DNA from: an uncultured virus (IMG/VR IMGVR_UViG_3300030380_004460)
Lineage: Duplodnaviria > Heunggongvirae > Uroviricota > Caudoviricetes
DNA length: 20,000 nucleotides
Virus record (IMG/VR): IMGVR_UViG_3300030380_004460
Strand: one strand, 5' to 3'
Shown: piece after piece, positions 16,393 to 20,000 of the stretch
Position numbering within the stretch: position 1 is the stretch's first letter
Layout of the letters: each line of letters begins with the position of its first letter
Program-made: the position numbers and the translations under genes
Notes under the pieces: model-generated
The model's database searches: none
What the model saw: the letters and a program-made list of their open reading frames with translations, nothing else
What the model was told of the DNA's origin: nothing

Positions 16393-18091
16393 TGTTTGCT
16401 CCAATAATTTTGTAATCGTAATCGGACATAGTTTCTTGCATAGCATAGTCACCTTGTCCGCCGTTGCGAATGCCAACCACTCTAGTGTGTTGTGCCTCGT
16501 CTTGATAATAGGAATAGTCGGCAGAACTGTCACGAGGTTTAGTGTGCCAGAAGGCAAACCATCGTTGAGTCTGCAGCGATTTGTTGACCGTGCGGTCAGT
16601 AAAGTTGAAACTGTCTCGTATATAACTGTAAACGCTCGAGTCGTGTCTTGAGCTGGAATATGCAATCATCCGATGCGAATCAAATGCTGTGTATGCCCAA
16701 GCATCTATCTGTTTAAATAGCTGGACATAGAACTCTTTCTTTGCTTGAGTGTTTCGCTTTAAATAGAGACGTGAAGGAGCAACAGACACAGGTTCGCTGT
16801 CATCATCCCAGTTGTGTTTGAAAAATCTGATAACCGAGCGACCAATGATTTCGTTGTTGTCATCACGGATAAGAGCAAAGAGGTGAGGGTTGACCAGCAA
16901 ATCTGCAAAGCCAAAGCTGTAAGAACCACGATTAGATTGGTCTTGACAAGAGCCGACACTCGCATTGAACTCGGCAACATCTTTTAGGTCTGTTGGGTCA
17001 AAACCGATTTGCAGTGGATACTCGACATCAACAGCATTGGTTAGATACTGATTGTATCGTTTTGCTGCCAATTGGTCATCCATTCTTCGTAAGTTGAAAT
17101 AGTCAAAGCGTTCTTTGAGTGAACGATTGAAGACATTAGTAACTGCTCGTCGTAGATTACCACCATCTTCAGTCTTGTTAGTGCGCAGCATTTCTGTAAT
17201 CTTTTCTGCGTAAGAACCTTCTACACTGTAGCGGTTCAAATCTGTAACAACAGATTCGAAATCGATTGCTGTGCCACCACGATAGTTGTAACTGTCACCG
17301 TTTTGCCGGTCATAGTATTTGATACAGCTGTGAAACAAGTGACGTAAAGGATGATAAAGGCCGTATTTTTTGTGACGTGTAAAGAACAATTCACTACCAA
17401 TCATCTCTTTGAGAATGTAAGCAAAGTCTTTGTAAATCGGCGATGCGACTTTGATACAGCTTTCTGCATAACCAAAGCTGTTAAGTTCCAAACCGCCCTT
17501 GAGAATCTGTAAGTTGCTGTGTTCGTAATTGTCGTTGTTGTAACTGTAAAACCAATTCAGTTGTGACTGAGCAGATGAACTTAGCGATTGATAACTACCA
17601 GACACGACATCGTGGTCAAGCCAGCGATGAACATCATCTGCAAGGCTGGACTCAGGATTGTGGTAGCAGTCATAACAAAGTTCACTGTCTCCATAATCTG
17701 TCCCAGCGTCAGTAAAATACATAGTGCGGTCACAACGAGAACAGCTCCAAGATAACTCTTGGTCGCTAGCGTGGTCACTACAGCAAGACTCACCGTATTG
17801 TTCATCATAATAATAATCGCCGTGGTCTGTGTTGATAAGTTCGCCACAATACTCACAGCTTGACATATTGTTAGAGCAATCAGAACACACCGGTTCTCCA
17901 GAACAAGTGCTGTAAGGTGCATTGTCGTTTGTGAAAGTTTCTCCGCAGCCATCACAACACACCATATTGTTGTGACAGTCAGAGCATACAATCTCATACT
18001 GATGGGTTGACTCAATGACGGCATCTTCTTCGAGGTCAGTCGAGCAGACTTCGCATTGGCAATTGCTGTTGTTTGTTTCTTCTTCCGGCAT
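16382..18091 (-). CDS. Multi-CxxC repeat protein with uncharacterised C-terminal domain
   Basis: About 8 CxxC/CxxH knuckles in the first about 145 aa; C-terminal GSCQD...NPHLFALIRD...GRSVIR...SRLY; SD AGGAG. Confidence 0.85.
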   Translation of the reverse strand: MPEEETNNSNCQCEVCSTDLEEDAVIESTHQYEIVCSDCHNNMVCCDGCGETFTNDNAPYSTCSGEPVCSDCSNNMSSCEYCGELINTDHGDYYYDEQYGESCCSDHASDQELSWSCSRCDRTMYFTDAGTDYGDSELCYDCYHNPESSLADDVHRWLDHDVVSGSYQSLSSSAQSQLNWFYSYNNDNYEHSNLQILKGGLELNSFGYAESCIKVASPIYKDFAYILKEMIGSELFFTRHKKYGLYHPLRHLFHSCIKYYDRQNGDSYNYRGGTAIDFESVVTDLNRYSVEGSYAEKITEMLRTNKTEDGGNLRRAVTNVFNRSLKERFDYFNLRRMDDQLAAKRYNQYLTNAVDVEYPLQIGFDPTDLKDVAEFNASVGSCQDQSNRGSYSFGFADLLVNPHLFALIRDDNNEIIGRSVIRFFKHNWDDDSEPVSVAPSRLYLKRNTQAKKEFYVQLFKQIDAWAYTAFDSHRMIAYSSSRHDSSVYSYIRDSFNFTDRTVNKSLQTQRWFAFWHTKPRDSSADYSYYQDEAQHTRVVGIRNGGQGDYAMQETMSDYDYKIIGANNEN

Positions 18092-18136
18092 TATTTTTTC
18101 TCTCCTAGCTTTTTATTTTTCCCAACACGCTCCGAA

Positions 18137-18148
18137 TATATAATACCT
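18137..18148 (-). promoter_or_regulatory. TATA-box promoter candidate
   Basis: CAAGGTATTATATA about 46 nt upstream of ATG 18091; resembles CAAGGCTTTATATA at 19596. Confidence 0.6.
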
Positions 18149-18167
18149 TGTTTGAGCAGTATTTGGT

Positions 18168-18223
18168 TGTGTGCCGCAGCATAATTCTCTTTTCTCAGCG
18201 CAATCTCACGCTGCGGGGTGCAC
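18168..18223 (-). ncRNA. Imperfect BHB-like hairpin (element 4)
   Basis: GUGC-ACCC-CGCAGCGUGA ... UUAUGCUGCG-GCAC-ACA: 4-bp helix and 10-bp stem with 2 G.U pairs, but the 5' bulge is 4 nt. Confidence 0.45.
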
Positions 18224-18243
18224 GGCGGCATAACGGAAAATTT

Positions 18244-18322
18244 ATTTGTCGGGATAGGAATAGAGCACTGTGAAAGTGAAAAGCATAAAGAAAATTTTTG
18301 CTCCACTCCCATCCTATCGACT
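18244..18322 (-). ncRNA. BHB-closed structured RNA element 3 (predicted 70-nt excisable RNA)
   Basis: A-GUCG-AUA-GGAUGGGAGUGGAGCA ... UGCUCUAUUCCUAUCC-CGAC-AAA-U: 16-bp stem with 3 G.U pairs. Confidence 0.75.
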
Positions 18323-18325
18323 GCT

Positions 18326-18523
18326 TTAATCATCACAACCTCCGCCGTATTTACCTCTCATCCACCAGCGAGGTTCTTCCATTTCGCTAACTTCACCCCA
18401 TTGTTCGTGGTCAATACTGCCGTCTTTGAACAACGGAGCAGTTTGTAAATTCATATCGTTACCTTCGCCTACCCAGCGATATGCATTGCCGGGAAATTCT
18501 TTAATGTAAAATACTTCGGTCAT
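18326..18523 (-). CDS. Hypothetical protein
   Basis: 65 aa; ATGA overlap. Confidence 0.7.
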   Translation of the reverse strand: MTEVFYIKEFPGNAYRWVGEGNDMNLQTAPLFKDGSIDHEQWGEVSEMEEPRWWMRGKYGGGCDD

Positions 18524-18882
18524 CTTCGCTTCCTCCTGATTAGTCTGCCGTCTACACGACTCGTGTCGCTGTGATAAGTATATTTGCCGTGGATTCCACC
18601 GCTTTTATACCCTACTCCGCCGAGTTTCTTTATCTCCAGCAGTATCTTGTCTCGCAGCTTTTTCTCTGCTAAGACTGTAAACATTGCTTTGAGAAAGTCA
18701 TCCATTGCTAACTCGTGTATATCATCTGCTTTCTTTTCAAACCACACAGCAGTTGACTGTTTAATTGCTTCTTTAATCTTGCCGTCAGTCGGATGTAGAT
18801 TGAGCATAGGTTTGGTATAACCCAGCCGTTTAAAATAAGCCAGCATATCTCTGACCCGTTCTGCTTCTTTTTTAGTCAGCAT
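18520..18882 (-). CDS. Hypothetical basic protein
   Basis: Probable start MLTKKEAERV at 18882 (GGAGG 9 nt upstream); the ORF track gives 18963. Confidence 0.72.
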   Translation of the reverse strand: MLTKKEAERVRDMLAYFKRLGYTKPMLNLHPTDGKIKEAIKQSTAVWFEKKADDIHELAMDDFLKAMFTVLAEKKLRDKILLEIKKLGGVGYKSGGIHGKYTYHSDTSRVDGRLIRRKRR

Positions 18883-19147
18883 AGTGTTCATCCTCCGTGC
18901 TGTCATTATATCCAGCCTCATATGATTCTTCGGCAATCTTACACAATGCCAGCGTATGTTCATTTTCCAGCTCTTTCTTTAAACCCCAGCGCATCTTTCT
19001 TACAATGCCGTTAACGTTACTCACTGCTTCTAGTTGTTGCGGCGTTAAATATTTACGCAGCATATTCCATTTCTCTCGCTCCCATTTATCAAGACAATGC
19101 TCCCACTTTTCTACATCGCTCATTTCATTCCACTCTTTGCTGCTCAT
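18872..19147 (-). CDS. Hypothetical protein
   Basis: 91 aa; ATGA overlap. Confidence 0.72.
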   Translation of the reverse strand: MSSKEWNEMSDVEKWEHCLDKWEREKWNMLRKYLTPQQLEAVSNVNGIVRKMRWGLKKELENEHTLALCKIAEESYEAGYNDSTEDEHYAD

Positions 19148-19530
19148 ATTTTCACATCCAGCTGTTTGGTTCCTATCCAGCGATTTTTCATATCAGTAGT
19201 GCCGTGGTATAATCTACCCTCAGCAAGGTTAGTATGCATACGGCGCATTGTTTGCTCGGACTCTTTGATTCGCTCGACCATTTCAGATTTTGCTCGCTTG
19301 TAACCATCTGATTGAGCATTAGGATTACCTTGTGCTCTTTCAAATGCAATACAGCGTATAACATCGCTGGGATGGGGTCTTAGCGGATTGAATCGCTTCT
19401 TCAAATCACGGCAGGTTTTCTTGCCGGTTTTTCTTCGGGGTTTTGCTGACTTGCCCATCTTTTGCAGCAACTTCTCTAATAAGAGCAATTGCTTTTCAGA
19501 TAGAGCATCTATATCTATGTTTTGCTTCAT
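19144..19530 (-). CDS. Hypothetical basic protein, first gene of the putative early transcript
   Basis: 128 aa, downstream of a TATA box. Confidence 0.72.
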   Translation of the reverse strand: MKQNIDIDALSEKQLLLLEKLLQKMGKSAKPRRKTGKKTCRDLKKRFNPLRPHPSDVIRCIAFERAQGNPNAQSDGYKRAKSEMVERIKESEQTMRRMHTNLAEGRLYHGTTDMKNRWIGTKQLDVKI

Positions 19531-19595
19531 TTTCTTTCACTTCCAGCACTCCATTTTTTAGTAGGAGCACAGTAAAAAATACAATACGCTGAGAT

Positions 19596-19607
19596 TATAT
19601 AAAGCCT
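19596..19607 (-). promoter_or_regulatory. Archaeal TATA-box promoter (putative early promoter)
   Basis: AGGCTTTATATA, identical to 8598-8609; followed by a leader hairpin GTGCTCC...GGAGTGC. Confidence 0.7.
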
Positions 19608-19619
19608 TGTACCAGCGGT

Positions 19620-20000
19620 TTTTCTCACCCCAGCACACAGCACTGCTATAAACTACATCCAGCATAGCGTTAAAAATCGCGGGGGAGCATAACGTATACT
19701 ATAGAGCTATACGTTAGGCCTTACAGCAATATTATAAGCTTATGTTAAGTCTAAGCTTAATAGAGCAATAAAAGAAGAAAGTGCTATACAGTATATACTA
19801 CATAGCACTATAGTACTATATAGAGCTATAATATACACTTCGACGTATGCCTTTAGTAATACAGCAAACGCACACACACTGTAGCATTCTAGTTTTGGGC
19901 AAGCGTATGAAAAAGAGGGGGAGCACAACGTATGGCTGCCCGAATTTTGCTCAGAGCGCAAGCGGATGCTCTCAGCAGTACCTCCCGCTGCAGCAGACCG
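19620..20000. repeat. Non-coding repeat/palindrome region (candidate origin or genome terminus)
   Basis: 17-nt direct repeat GGGGGAGCA(T/C)AACGTAT at 19681 and 19917; inverted repeats 19690-19716 and 19780-19809; palindrome TATAGTACTATA 19809-19820; many AGCA tetramers. Confidence 0.6.

Noticed and set aside
14214..18024. Nested minus-strand ORFs 14214..14471, 15567..15923, 16759..16980, 17581..18024 and the 16393-16665 peptidase extension
   Set aside because: Alternative frames inside longer, better supported genes.
18268..18298. Loop of element 3 partly antisense to the start region of ORF 19144..19530
   Set aside because: Only 8-9 nt low-complexity pyrimidine matches, expected by chance.
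13790..18322. BHB elements as introns of tRNA genes
   Set aside because: The flanks lack D-arm, T-arm (GTTCRA) and acceptor stems, and in-silico splicing gives no cloverleaf.
13790..18322. Excised RNAs as C/D box guide RNAs
   Set aside because: No box C (RTGATGA) inside any element; only isolated CTGA tetramers (elements 1 and 4).
2204..19303. All plus-strand ORFs in the track
   Set aside because: They are antisense shadows of minus-strand genes, with no recognisable motifs.
19740..19961. 73-aa minus-strand ORF
   Set aside because: Lies in the palindrome/repeat region; its composition reflects the repeats and it has no convincing SD.

Overview
All credible genes are on the minus strand, tightly packed and translationally coupled (ATGA/GTGA/TAATG overlaps, GGAGG/GGTGA Shine-Dalgarno sites, TTTATATA boxes). 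This looks like a fragment of a tailed dsDNA virus of archaea; a Magrovirus-like virus of Thermoplasmata/Poseidoniales is plausible but unproven. In transcription order (right to left): a repeat- and palindrome-rich non-coding end region (about 19.6-20 kb); putative early genes, including a multi-CxxC protein and an M20/M28 peptidase; a run of tiny zinc-finger and membrane micro-ORFs missed by the ORF track; an N4C/N6A DNA methyltransferase; a Holliday-junction resolvase; two SSB-like genes; an MCM-like AAA+ ATPase; translation initiation factor aIF-1A; PolB; a PD-(D/E)XK nuclease; an Sm/Hfq-like protein; a GT4 glycosyltransferase; a HAD-like protein; and a PriS primase that runs off the left edge. 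The standout observation: three intergenic spacers of the early region each fold, on the mRNA strand only (G.U pairs), into an archaeal bulge-helix-bulge (BHB) motif closing an 11-16 bp stem, with a fourth imperfect copy. These are candidate host tRNA-splicing-endonuclease sites in viral mRNA, outside any tRNA or rRNA. GATC and CCWGG also appear to be absent from the window. All family calls come from motif recognition by eye; no database searches were run.
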